Part shown: positions 51,680 to 64,000 of the stretch, piece by piece
How positions within the stretch are numbered: position 1 is the first letter of the stretch
How the letters are laid out: each line of letters begins with the position of its first letter
Assembly: GCA_964276515.1 (NCBI GenBank)
Contig: OZ193910.1
Coordinates: forward strand, 1,860,001 to 1,924,000
DNA: 64,000 bases
Direction: 5' to 3'
Source of the DNA: Gordius albopunctatus
Lineage: Eukaryota
The notes under the pieces: generated by a model
What the model was told of the DNA's origin: nothing
What the model saw: only the letters and a program-made list of their open reading frames with translations
The model's database searches: none
Program-made: the position numbers and the translations under genes

Positions 51680-54600
51680 ATGCCAAAGGTTTTAAAATAT
51701 GGTTCATGGAAAAGTCCTATAACAAGCGAATTGATAACGTCGGCTGGCATTAAATTTAATGAGGTTCAACTAGACCAAAATAATCTATTCAATAAAAGTA
51801 AAATTAATTAATATAAATATTAATTTAATATTTGTTAAATAATTAAATTTTTGCAGAAGTTTATTGGAGTGAATCTCATGCGAAAGAGGGAGGTAGAACC
51901 ATAGTATTTTCATACAATTTTGATTCTCATGAAATTGAGGAATGGACTCCCAAAGGTTTAGATTTATAGTATTTATAATAATAATTGTTATTTTAGATTT
52001 TAATTTGTATACAAAAGTACATGAATATGGTGGAAACGCATTTATTGTTAACAAAGATGTGGTGTACTTTAGTAACAAGAAAGATAATCGAATATATGCC
52101 CAAGAAGCTCCTCTTTCCACACCTTATCCAATTACCAAGGATGATCAAAAATACAGATATACAGATTTTGTTTTTGATAACATTGTAGGTTTATATATGT
52201 ATTGTACTATATATATATAGAATCAAGTGATAATATGTGTGTGTGAATATCATGATTCTCCTGAATTTGAGCCTGAAAATTTTTTGTGTTGTTTGAATTT
52301 AAAGGAAAAGGATAATATATGCTGCCTACAAAAAGGTTCAGATTTTTATACATCTCCTTCATTGTCATCTGATAGTTCTTTGTTAACATGGATTGAATGG
52401 AACCACCCTAACATGGTAATGAATTTAGTAGTAAAATCAAGTATTCTTTTGAGCTGTGTCCAAATTAATAGCTTGTTTAATTTTTCTAATTTTTTTTCTA
52501 ATTTAAAACTATATACAGTCAAAACTTCTTAATCGCAAATCGGATTATCGCGAAAATCTTTTAATCGCGAAGTTAACCGTCATTTTGTTTTTTTTCAAAC
52601 GATAATATCAACAAAAACATCGTTTATTGACAAATCGCTTAATAGTACAATATCGGATATTCACAAACATTTTCCAGTCCTTAAATCAACCATACAATTA
52701 TATAAAATATCGTTTTATGCTAAGCGTAAGAATGGAATATTTAATATAATGTACGTATATACTTTGTTTCCCCATCGTTTAATCGCGAAATATCGGTTAA
52801 TCGTGATTTTTAGGCCCGAGGCTTTGCAATTAAACGGTTTTGACTGTACAAAATATTCAATTTTTGAATATTTAAATTAATTTAAAAGTTTTGTAAGCAA
52901 TGAGTTTAGAACCTACATATGTTGTTTTAGCCTTGGGATTCTACAAATGTTAAAATTGCTTCATTTCATGTAAAAAAAAATCTAAAAGGTGATTTGACCT
53001 CAGATTTTGCTACATTGTCTAATGTGAGAACCTGTCAATTAAATGCATCAAATGGTGTCAGTAACATGCAACCTTATTTAAAGTCTATCAAAGAAAGAGA
53101 TCCACAAGGAAAGGATAAATATGATTTAATTTATTTAAGTGATGCCGATGGTTTTTACAAACTTTATCAAGCAGAAATTGGGACAGAAAATAAACTTGGT
53201 ATCTTGACAAAATTATATATAATATTTATTTAACTTTTTTAAGATTTAAAAGTATTAGTCATCTTAGAAAGTATGATAATAATAATTAATTTTCCTTATA
53301 TTTAAGTATATTTAAATTGTACAGATTGTTATTTAATTTTATTTGTGAGATATAAATGTGCATACTCGTGAAAAGTCTATGTTTGTTGCAAAATTGGCTG
53401 GGCTTTGCTTGGACGATCATTGGTTTTAGTCAACTTGTTCTCTTGGTATACCTTCAGAGTCGAAATTGACAAACAGATCTGGCAGCCATTTTGCAACATT
53501 ACTCTGTAGTCTTTCAAGATAAAATTCATTTATTTACAAAAATTTTATGAAAATTAAAAACGCGTTTTCACTAAATGTCTAGCTCTTGAAGCTAAATTTT
53601 CGGAGGTTATGCATAAAAACTTTATAAGAAGAATTGCAATATAATCTTTGCACTTTGTTCAGATAAGGCTAAATATCTCATGCCACTTGAAGCTACATTG
53701 TGCAAGGATATTGGTTACCCGCATTGGGTGTCTGGAGACACGGCCTACGCCATAGACCCCAAAGACACGGATACAATCGTATTTTCCGCGGAAAACGTAA
53801 TTTTCCTTTTTTACTGCGGCCTTTTACACATTTATTTCAGGATTTGTACACGTTGAAACTGAGTCCTGACGAGTTGACCGGACTCGGACGATTGGAAAAA
53901 GTGGTTTGTGGGCAGTTGAACGCGTTAGCTGAAATACATAACTTAAAACTGAGCGCCGATGGAAAAAATTGTTTTTGCTTGATTTACCCGAAAACCGGGC
54001 CCGAATACGTGGCCTCTATCGATTTACACCTCAAAAAGGTTATATTACATGTTAAACAGTTCGGCAACAAGGTCTGCAAATTGGCGGCCATCTTTAAATG
54101 CGCACTTTGAATTCTAGTTATGAGTAAGGGGGGGGGGCGGTTAACACTTTGAACTTCTTATAAAAATGCAATATACAAGTACAACTAAACCTTGTTTGGC
54201 TTATCATATTTAGTATTATAATCATTCTACGTTAACTCCCCCCCCCCCGTTCCTAGCTAGATAAATTTATAAATAGTATTTATATCTAATTTTTTAAACT
54301 TTTGGCCTTAAATTATTATTTGATGCCCCGAAGGCCACAACGCCTACAAAAAAATAGGCTAGGAATTTAAAAGGTACCCAGAATTAAATGAGTTCTATGG
54401 TAATACTTGTGAATTGTTTCATATCTTCTTCTATATCAAGTATTTGGTCCCACAGTCCTCCTGGGGTTTGTTTTGATGAGTCTCTTCCATCTTGATCGGG
54501 TAAGGGGGCCATGTCTTGATTGAACTTCACAGTCTTCATAACTTTGTCCACTTGCCCCCTTTCCACGTGACTCGAGGTCGTCCTCTTCCTCTCTTACCCG

Positions 54601-57600
54601 CTACTCCATCCTCCAGTACTTTTCGAGATTTACATCATTCGTCGTCTCCCTCCTTAGTATACATGGGCCTAGCCAGCATTGGAATTAGACAGGGGCAAAA
54701 TGATTATTATGTGAAAATTAGGCTATAATTTTAATATATTTCAACAAATTTTTGGATTTAGAGCTGGCTTATGCTCTCATTATATTTATTTTTTCTCTTA
54801 GTATCTCATTATATGGGTGTAAATTTTATTTATAAAACTCTACATTCCCACAGATAACGCCGATACGAAAGAGTTGTGAAACGACCATAGACCCCGGCTA
54901 TATTAGCCTGCCACGGGAAATTCAATATCCTACCGGCGATGGTTTTACAGCTTACGCTTTCTACTACGCCCCCCAAGTTTTTACTTTTTCAAAATTTCCT
55001 CCGTTTAAATTTATTATTTTTTCCAAATGTATCATTAAGGTATCACGGCAAACGTCAAAATTAAGTAGTAATTTCGCGCGTTTCATTTTAATGAGCCCAA
55101 GATTCAAGCAGTTGACAAATATTCTGGCTAGAATTGAAATGCGCTTATAACATATCGTAAAAGTCTTTGGGCCGATCTCTTATCCAGGCTTTATTGACAA
55201 AACAATATTTAGTTTTATGTAAAGAGGGCCCGATTTACGACGGGTGGTAACCGCGAATCAAATAATATAACTCTAATTATCATGCCATATGATGGGAGAC
55301 AATTTAAATTAGAGACTAGTTTGATTAAATTTTCCCCATCTCTTTTAGAGCGTGTCTCGAAAATGATAACAGACGTATACCGGTTTAGCTCTTATTGGAG
55401 CTGCTCATATCATCAGTATGCCATAGTTAATTTTCTAGCCACGTAGTTATCGAGATAGGTAAAGGCGGCGGATTAGATCGAGTTCACGTTTATGGCGGCT
55501 AAAACTATTTTAGTTTTGTTTGCCTATTTTCAAACGCTTTCCCAACCCATAAAAGAAGCATCATCATCATTATAACCTTAGAATAAAGATTTTTTGGGCC
55601 AGACCGGAGCATTGCCGCCTCTATTAGTGACTAGCCATGGCGGACCTACCGCAAAAAAATCGGATGCTTTTAGCCTTCGAACGCAGTACTTTACATCTCG
55701 CGGTTTCGCTGTGCTGGACGTCAACTATAGGGGAAGTAGCGGGTATGGGAAGTCCTACCGAAATGCCCTGTACAAAAAGTAAGGTTAAGGCACGTATAAT
55801 ATTTTTGTTGCTAATTTCAAAATGGCGTCGGGAACGCTGTTGCTTGTACGATCGTTATCACTAAATTCGTAGGAAATTGCGTTACTAGTCACCCGTCCGT
55901 GGATTAGATAGAGAAACGAGAGCGCCCCTGTAACTGTTTTGTAGCCAGGCCCTTGGGTACATTACAATTCTGGAATATTTTTTTCGTTGTCGAATAAAAT
56001 TAAAGTTATGACCGCTGGCTAAATTTAATTTTTCTGACCCTGGCCGCAAGCCAAAATCTTTATTTTGCAGCTGGCATTTGTACATTTTGGTGTTTGTGCT
56101 GAAAGATAATTTGTAGCTTAAAAAGCATAACGACCACTGGAAAACTGTCCACAAATAAATAATGACCGCTCGCTGTTTGCGTTTAATTAGTCTAATCCCG
56201 GCCACAAATTGATGGTTTTGATGGGCTTTTATTTTTGTGCCTCAATCTTTCATTTTTATCATAATTAGGAACTACGAGTCTGACTAAACACCTAAAAAAT
56301 AAAGACCACCGTTGCAGGGGCCTAGCTAGGGGGTGGTAGGGAGGGGCCGCTGCCCCCCCCCCTCTAAATCGGGAAAATTTAATGTAATTAAGGTTAAAAT
56401 TATTTAAAATTATCATTTTGCCCCTCTTTAAATCATTATTGCCCCCCTATAAATCGTATCATATGTCGTAAAACGATAATTTATTAGTTGGGGCCTTTAC
56501 GACGTCGAAGATTGCTGTGCCGGAGCCCTCTACTTGGCTGGCATCCTAAAATGCGTAGACGAAAACATGCTGTGCATAGACGGAGGCTCGGCCGGGGGCT
56601 ACACGACCCTAGCCTGCCTCACCTTTAGACCCGAAGTTTTCAAGGCTGGTAAGAAAGGCTCGCTATAAATTAACCCGTCTTTCCTGTCATCGAAGAATTG
56701 TGACACTTATGTTTGAAGAAGTGCATGGGCCTAGCCAGGAGGGGGGGGGGGTGCGGCACCGAAGGGCGACTTCCCCCCCTCTAAATCCAAAAATCCGTTG
56801 AAATTTATTAAAATTTTTGAAAAATGATCATTTTATCCTTCCCTAAATCAAGTTAGTTTTAAACTGGTCCACCAAAATCTATATTCGTTGCATAGTAGTT
56901 TAAACTAGTGCTGTAGAAACGGCTGGCTTTCGCTTCCTCGACCTTTGGTTTCACTAGGACTAACGGTCTACCCCTGTCTGTTTTTCAAATTTTGACTAAG
57001 CCTAGAGGTCTACAAAGAAAAACAGAGACCAAAAAATCTTATGTTTTTACCCCTATTTATTAAGCAATGGTCTTCGTTAGGATTATGGCTTAAAGAGTAG
57101 ATTGGGAACTGCCTCGCCCTTCACCTTAAATTTAATAATTGCAAATTTATCATCGTTTGAATCATCTTTCGTTTGAACCTTGTTCGTGATAATTTGGGCG
57201 CCATATTTAAAACATCTCTTATCAGCTTTAGTGATAATTTTGGAATGATATTTTAGGCGTATCTCGGTACGGGATAGGAGATTTATGTGCTTTTGCCGCC
57301 GATACACATAAATTCGAAAAATACTACAACGATAAGCTGATTGGTCCATTTTCGACGCATAGCGACGTTTGTCGCCAAAGATCGCCAATCAACCACTGCC
57401 AAAACCTGAGCGCGCCAGTTGCCTTTTTCCACGGCACCGAGGATAAAGTGCGATCGATTTGGCGCACTTTTATTCTTGACTCGCAACTTTGCATTTCATA
57501 ATACATACAAATTATAATTTGTTTCGATATGTTTGGAATGGATTTTTAGATGTGTTATATTTGACTGGCAATAAAAATATGAGTGAATATATGTATGTCT

Positions 57601-58641
57601 TATCTGTCCAGCGCCAGCGTTACGATACTCCCCCCGCATTTCCTTGAAATTGTGATAACTGTTTACATGGGCGTGACTAGTGTTCGATTATTTTAAAATT
57701 TTACCCTTAATTATATTAAATTTTGAAGGCTTTTTGAACAAAATAAATTCTTAGATAAATACAATCATCGTTTAGATTTTATTCATGAGCACTTTGGCAA
57801 AGAGAAATTAAAGCTTGAGCTTAATAATAATTCGTGATTTTGGTGTTTTTTATTTATATCTATCACTGATATAAAGATTCAATTAATAACGAACCCAGGT
57901 CGTGCCTATGAACCAAGCTCAAGCTATGTATGAGAAACTGAAGGCCAAAGGAGTGCCGACTGCCCTGGTTTTGTTCGAAGGTTAGACCCGGAGACCGATT
58001 CAATTTATATTATCTTAACCAACATCTGTTATTGTTGCCATGACTACTGTTGTAAAAACGGTCTTTGCGACCCTCGAAGGCGGGGCCATGTCGCAAAACT
58101 CGGCGCGCATGCGCTTCTAGAACACCTGGCACTACCCTCAGAGAGTCCGACCCCACCAGTCAACTAAAAGCAAACGTCGACCAGCCTTTTTACAACATTA
58201 GCCATTATAGTGGCCCCCCTTAATTATGATTTTCTTCGCGCAAACTTGCTTTTAAATCTTTAAAAAATCATAAATTACTGATCAACCCCCTCTGTTTTTC
58301 CCTATAAAAATGTATTTAAAAGAGAATAGTGGATTTTTGGTTAGATTTACATTTATTATATCGATATTTTAAACGATATTCAATTATGAATAATATATAT
58401 TTCTAGTCTGCGGTTTAAATATTTTTAAGCTTATTGAGTAATGAATGGGTATTGCTTTTTAAATTTATTCTTATTTTATGCCCGTTCCTTAATTGCAGGA
58501 GAGGGCCATGGTTTCCGAGCTGCAAAGAATATCAAGACGGCGCTGGACGGCGAAATTTATTTTTTTGCTAAAATATTCGGTTTCGAACCAGACATACCAG
58601 TCGAAATAAGTGAACAGGTTATTTTTTTGAAATCTTTTTAA
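51680..58641 (+). CDS. S9-family serine peptidase, copy 2 (intact triad, same exon structure)
   Basis: All exons and splice sites are retained; GGSAGG near 56581-56598, GTEDK in exon 57257-57447, GEGHGF near 58500. Confidence 0.92.
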
Positions 58642-59024
58642 TTTATCATATTTTACATAAGAAAGATTATTTAAATAAAAAATTGAATTTAAATTCCAAT
58701 GCTACTACGACGCCATATAAGGATTTTTAATTTATGTTGGTCCTTTATCGTATTTTCCAATGCAATTTGCCAAAAAACTAATTCTCGGTAATGTAATTTA
58801 AATATTAAGTAGAAAAGGAATATTTTTGCACAAATTTAAAATCGTTCTGCGGTTAATTAATAACACCATGAACCATACGCGCTTATGCGTTTCTAATTTA
58901 AATGCCTTAATTTATCCATCAGAATCTTTTTTACACATTTTGAAAAAAATTTAAATAATACAATCTATTTACACTTTTTCATACACGTTTTTACGAATCA
59001 TTATAAAATTGTATGCTAAAATTA

Positions 59025-61450
59025 CTGATAGGAAATTTAAATTTTTGAGGTATTTATGTTTTTCCACGTTCCTTCTCCCTCCGTGTAAGAGATTAGATTG
59101 AAGAGGTTGGGGAGCTCTTAGATTTTGCAAATATGTCTACCTCAGTAAAGTGCCAACAAGCATTTGCCTGCCTATGGTATGATTGCTACGCCGTCGGGTC
59201 TTTTACCGTCAGTAGAGCTTAGGCCTGTGGGTTTTAGTGAGTTGGGAAAGCCGGCTTTTTATAATGTTTGCCCCAAAATTTTGCTAATCATGTTATGCCA
59301 GGGTTGATGTATTAGTAGTTTAGGAAGAGCTGAGCGCTTACCAAAACGGGTTGGCGAAGGTCCCAATGGAAGGGATTAGTGCTGCAAAAACGGCTGGATT
59401 TTGCCTGGTCCACCTTTGGTTTTAGTCGACTAAACACAAAGAGACCAAAGAATTTTGGGTCAAGTCGACTTTAAGACTTGTCGAATCTCGAAAAAGCCGT
59501 TTTCACAACACTAGAAGGGATACACAATGTCACAACGTTCCTCTTCCGACAAATATACCTGGTATTGACTTGGAAGGAGCTCGAATTGCCCCCGACGGAC
59601 GCCCAATCGAAATGAAGATTTCCCAAAGATAGGTTGTTCGAAGAGAGGCAAGCTACGGAACGTGCTATCATTAATAACTCCCTTTCCTTTTGGGTGTTCC
59701 TGGTGGATAAGGACTCTAGCTTGGGTCGTCCCATGCAAAGGGCACTACGAGGTGCGGGTCTGGCATGTGAAAAAGATGCTTAATTAGGTGGTCCGTTGAT
59801 GAGCGGGACGTAATGAAACCTGCAAGTGATGGGGTGTATTTCGATGCCTCCACTCTTGAAGAGTATGGTGGTTTGAAGCCATTGAATTAGGCAAAATTTT
59901 AGGTTAAAGCGGCGTCCGCGTACCAATAAAATTTTCTTTCCAACGGCGTAGCGTAAGTTTATGTGCAGAGAATCGTAGTTAATTTTAGGTATTAAAAGCA
60001 CCTTTTTTAAGAAACAAACGTTCCAGGGCATGACTTATGGGGTCGATTGAGTTGGAAAAATTCTCTAGCAAAGATTTGAAGGATTTGGCCACTCCTATAG
60101 GAAGGAGCACCTAAATACTGAAAACTGTCTCTGCTAATGAATGGGAACGGGAGGGAGTCGATTGTGGCTGGGATCGTTTGTGAAAATCTTATATTTGGCT
60201 GCGTTGCGGCTTATTGATATTGATCATCTTCGGGACTGCATCGGCTCGGCATGCCAAAAATCAATCACCGTGGTACCAAAGGTTGCAGGAAAGGGGTACA
60301 AGAGAGGAGAGTTTACGCCGATGTAGGAATAGCCATACGTAAGGTAGGAACCCTCGGGATTGTCTAGTTGGATACGTTGAAATGGAATGTGGAAATGTAG
60401 GGTTGTCATAACTATAATGTGAACTGATGGAATTCAGTTTTACCATCATGACAATTGGATAGGTAGATTCGAGAAAAGTTGGAGTATTCCCGCCAAAATC
60501 AAGTTGGTTTTAGGGGTATTTTACGAGAAGTGATTATTTTTAAGCCTAAGCGTCGAAGGACTCATTTAACAATGGTGGCTTTGGAACATGGGACCGTTAA
60601 GTTGAGGTTTTGGGAGTATATTGGTCGGGTATCGTCGAGATTTTCGACAGAGCCCTCTTTAAAAAACTTAAGAGCTTCACTTCCTGTAGCATGGGCGGCC
60701 AGGGGGGGTAGGGAGGAGTTTCTGCCCCCTTCTAAATTCAAAAAATGGTTAAAACTTATTTAAATATGGCTAAAATTTCAAAAAGATCATTTTGCCCCCC
60801 CCATGCTGGCTACGCTTATGTCCTGTAGGGTGAAGTTTATGAGGGAGATGTTGGGAAAGTTTAGGGGTCGGGTTCATATAGATAACCTTCTGGATGCTTA
60901 GGTTGGATGAGTTCAAAGGTGACATTGTTGATTGTACTAGAGAGTCAGCCGATTCTATTTTTACCTGAGTGTCAAACTAATTTTCATGTTGTTGATTTTG
61001 TTGGCAATCATTAACTTTTTTGTTTAGTGTGCTACGGTCGTGGTCGGGCTTTATAAGTTGGTAGGGGGCTTGGGGAGAACAAATTTGCAATTTATGCTTT
61101 GTAAATTAGATGCGGATGTCAAGTGTGTGAAAACTTAGGATAAAAAGGCATTCCCAGTCCTCATGATCAATAGATTTGTAAGTGATTAAGAAGGTACTAA
61201 AAATCTCGCCACCTTCTAAGGACAATATCAGTCTTTTGGAGAGATACTATTTCATTAGTAAAAGATATATAGTACCTTGAAAAAAGCTGTTAGTCGATAT
61301 TGTTGTTATACCTGTGAGGAAAGAGTTGGAATCGTTATCACTATTGCGAGATGGACAATTTGTAATAGGCACGTCAAGTAGGGGAAATATATAGAAGCAC
61401 GAGGATAAAAAATAGGGTTTTCATGGAGCATATCAGTTTCATAGGATAAG
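59025..61450 (-). mobile_element. CRE-clade LINE relic, unit-2 copy
   Basis: Duplicate of 40440-42900; retains DGKRPDGVAIIP at ~59175-59215. Confidence 0.7.
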
Positions 61451-61454
61451 TAAG

Positions 61455-62335
61455 ATTAACTTGATGCTTCCATAAGTCATTGAGCCCCTAACTCCCCACC
61501 ACCCATTCACTAAGGCCTCACGCTTCTCTCCGGTTTTCCTTAGCATAAACCTTCGTGGCGGAATCTATAAGAAGATTACGTTGCTAATTGAACGGCGCCT
61601 TCACCCAAAAATTTACCCACTTCAATGGCTCCAAGACACCGTCCCCTCCAAGCGTGGTGATATCGGCATCCAGCCTCCCCCCCTTATTTAATATTAGTAG
61701 CAGATTACATCTGATCCTGGGTATCAACGGGCTGCCTAATCAAGCAACTAACCTGCAACCCAAACCCTTACCTCGACAACGCACATGATGCTTACGACGA
61801 CCCCAAGCTAGAGTTCTTAACTATCCATCTGGAACCACCCAAAAGTAATGGAATTACAACAACTGATCTTTGGAAAGTCTTCCGTTTTAATTGGGCGTCC
61901 GCCGGGGATACTTGTCGGGCGAGGAACTTACATTGTGCCTCCCTTCAATTGCGACGTCTATCGCCAATCCGTTTAGTAAACGATATTCATTCCCTAGAGT
62001 ACCAATACAGCAAAGTACTGTATCTGTCAAACCAAGATCAAGAAAATCATCGGGTAATTTCGAACTTATAGGCTTAAAGCTTAATGGATGGCAATAGACC
62101 CAAGGCCTTACAATCATACCATGGGCTCGTGGTCTAAGTGCTTGATAGAAATTTACTGCGGTAGAAATGTTTGCTGAATTTTACAGCTCCCCCGACCTTT
62201 CTCTCCTACGGGCAGAAGGAAAGTGTAAAAATATAATTACCTCAACAATTTAATTTGATCCCAGTAGCAGCCAAGCCCTCGGTAACTAAAGACCCGAGGA
62301 TCGATTACGTAAACAAAACGACCCCTAAGAATTTT
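61455..62335 (+). mobile_element. Inverted CRE-clade fragment, unit-2 copy
   Basis: Duplicate of 42900-43780. Confidence 0.65.
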
Positions 62336-63701
62336 TTAAGTCTTAAATTTGGAATAATCTATAAATGATTTATTTTAATTTGTGAATTTAGATCAAGATA
62401 GATAATTTAATAGAAAATGGTAGCGATCATAGGTCCGAAGACGTACTATAAAGATGTGTCCATTATCATCATAATAAAGAACATGACATTAAAAATTTAT
62501 ATATTCCTATCGGCAATAAAATTGGGAAAATAAAAAAGGTGAATTTTGTATAAAATGTGTATATGAAAAGGAAATGGTATTAAAAAGTAGCCCTGGGGCT
62601 CGTAGGCTTTTTGATGTCAGGGCAAGTGTCTTCACAGTTGCTGGTACATAAATCGCAAACCGATTTGATTTTCTCCGTAACCGCGTCGAGAAATTTAACG
62701 ATCGCCATTTCTATGCCAAAAAAATTAAATTTAGGTTACACATTTTTTATAATGGACTTTGGGATTCCATCTCGTTATTTGACTTAATACCTTTATAATT
62801 TATCAAAATTTCTTCACTATGTTTGGAAATGAAGTGCAATAGAATACACAGTATAGTACTTATGCGATTTTTACTAGCACATCGCTCTCTTCCTCCTTCA
62901 CTTACTCTTTTCACCCCTCCCCCCCTTTTCTTTCGCATCCATTCGCCACGCCTCCCTATCTAGCTAGACAAGCGCACAAAAAGGAGGTGGTAGTTGAGGA
63001 TTTGAAAGCCTAAGTATGGATTCTGTTTTCCTAGACTTAATCGGAGAAATTTTAATGGTGGGGTCTGGATTAAAAAATGATCTATAGGATTATATTAATA
63101 TTTAAAATAATTGAAAATTGCATAGGAGCCTAGCTTTATAAAACGTTTATTTTTGGCACCTTTATCCTCATTTATCATATTATGTTATATCGGAAATATC
63201 AATTCAATTGTGGATTCCCTTGAAATTTTGCTTGAATTTGATTCAAAAAAGTAGCTAAAAAATGATCTATAGGATTATTTTAATATTTAAAATAATTGAA
63301 AATTGCATAGGAGCCTAGCTTTATAAAACGTTTATTTTTGGCACCTTTATCCTCATTTATCATATTATGTTATATCGGAAATATCAATTCAATTGTGGAT
63401 TCCCTTGAAATTTTGCTTGAATTTGATTCAAAAAAGTAGCTAAATAAGTTTGGCCTATAGGGACAAATGTTTTGTTTTTAAGCCGATTCCTAATTTATCT
63501 ATTTTAGAGATTTTTCTTTTTATCGAGTATTAGGTCCCACTCATCCTGATCTATTAGGGCCATATTGGGATTATCTTCCTAGTTTTCATAACTTTGTCTA
63601 TTTGCCTTTTCCAGGTAACACGAGGTCGTCCTGTCACCTCCATGTCGAATACTTTTCCTTTTAAATATTTCGCCCCTCCTCTTTTATTTAAATAGCTCCG
63701 C

Positions 63702-64000
63702 CAAATCTCCTAAATTAATGCAAAAAAATTTGCCCAGAGTTTTTTTTAAATATTATATCATCGCTGGCAAACAATCATAGGTCACACAATTTTAATTGAT
63801 AAATAAAAAATTATTTAAATTAGTGTTACTTACTTTTAGAATTAAAATTTTTATTTGAAGCAAAAAAAGAATGGTCGCGAATTCGTTATGTATTATAAAA
63901 ATAAGTAGGAATCAAAAAGGCTGAACGAAATTATATTTGTTACAAAAAATTAATGAATTAGAAACACTTATATGCGCATACATTGTGTGAAAATGGCATG
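63702..64000 (+). repeat. Start of tandem unit 3 (runs off the window)
   Basis: Same junction GCTCCGC|CAAATCTCC as at 45146. Confidence 0.9.

Larger units (their letters stand above)
45146..63701 (+). repeat. Tandem segmental duplication, unit 2 (18,556 bp)
   Basis: Colinear with 26540-45145, with SNPs and small indels. Confidence 0.95.

Noticed and set aside
1..64000. tRNA or rRNA genes
   Set aside because: None recognised by eye; tRNAscan-SE and Infernal were not run

Overview
AT-rich, intron-containing animal (invertebrate-type) genomic DNA with very short introns and dense transposon debris; nothing here looks prokaryotic. Host genes: (1) the 5' part of a polybromo-1 (PBRM1) gene on the minus strand, 10 exons covering bromodomains 1-3 and running off the left edge; (2) a minus-strand multi-exon gene of unknown function at about 10.3-16.3 kb; (3) a 13-exon S9-family (prolyl oligopeptidase/acylaminoacyl peptidase-like) serine peptidase with an intact Ser-Asp-His triad, present twice. 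The right 37 kb is a head-to-tail tandem array of an 18.6 kb unit: copy 1 26540-45145, copy 2 45146-63701, and copy 3 starting at 63702. Each complete unit carries the peptidase, a deleted CsRn1-like Gypsy element, a second Gypsy integrase remnant and two oppositely oriented CRE-clade LINE relics. The left half holds two copies of a Helitron with 23-aa STPR-like repeats, an 851 bp near-complete foldback hAT element, and many hAT, Mutator and Tc1-type MITEs with target-site duplications. Most notable: the peptidase amplification with amino-acid differences clustered in one catalytic-domain exon, mosaic divergence along the unit, and a 5'-CpG-poor/3'-CpG-rich polarity inside both recognisable genes. 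All gene models and alignments were made by eye. I cannot claim a wholly new system from the sequence alone.
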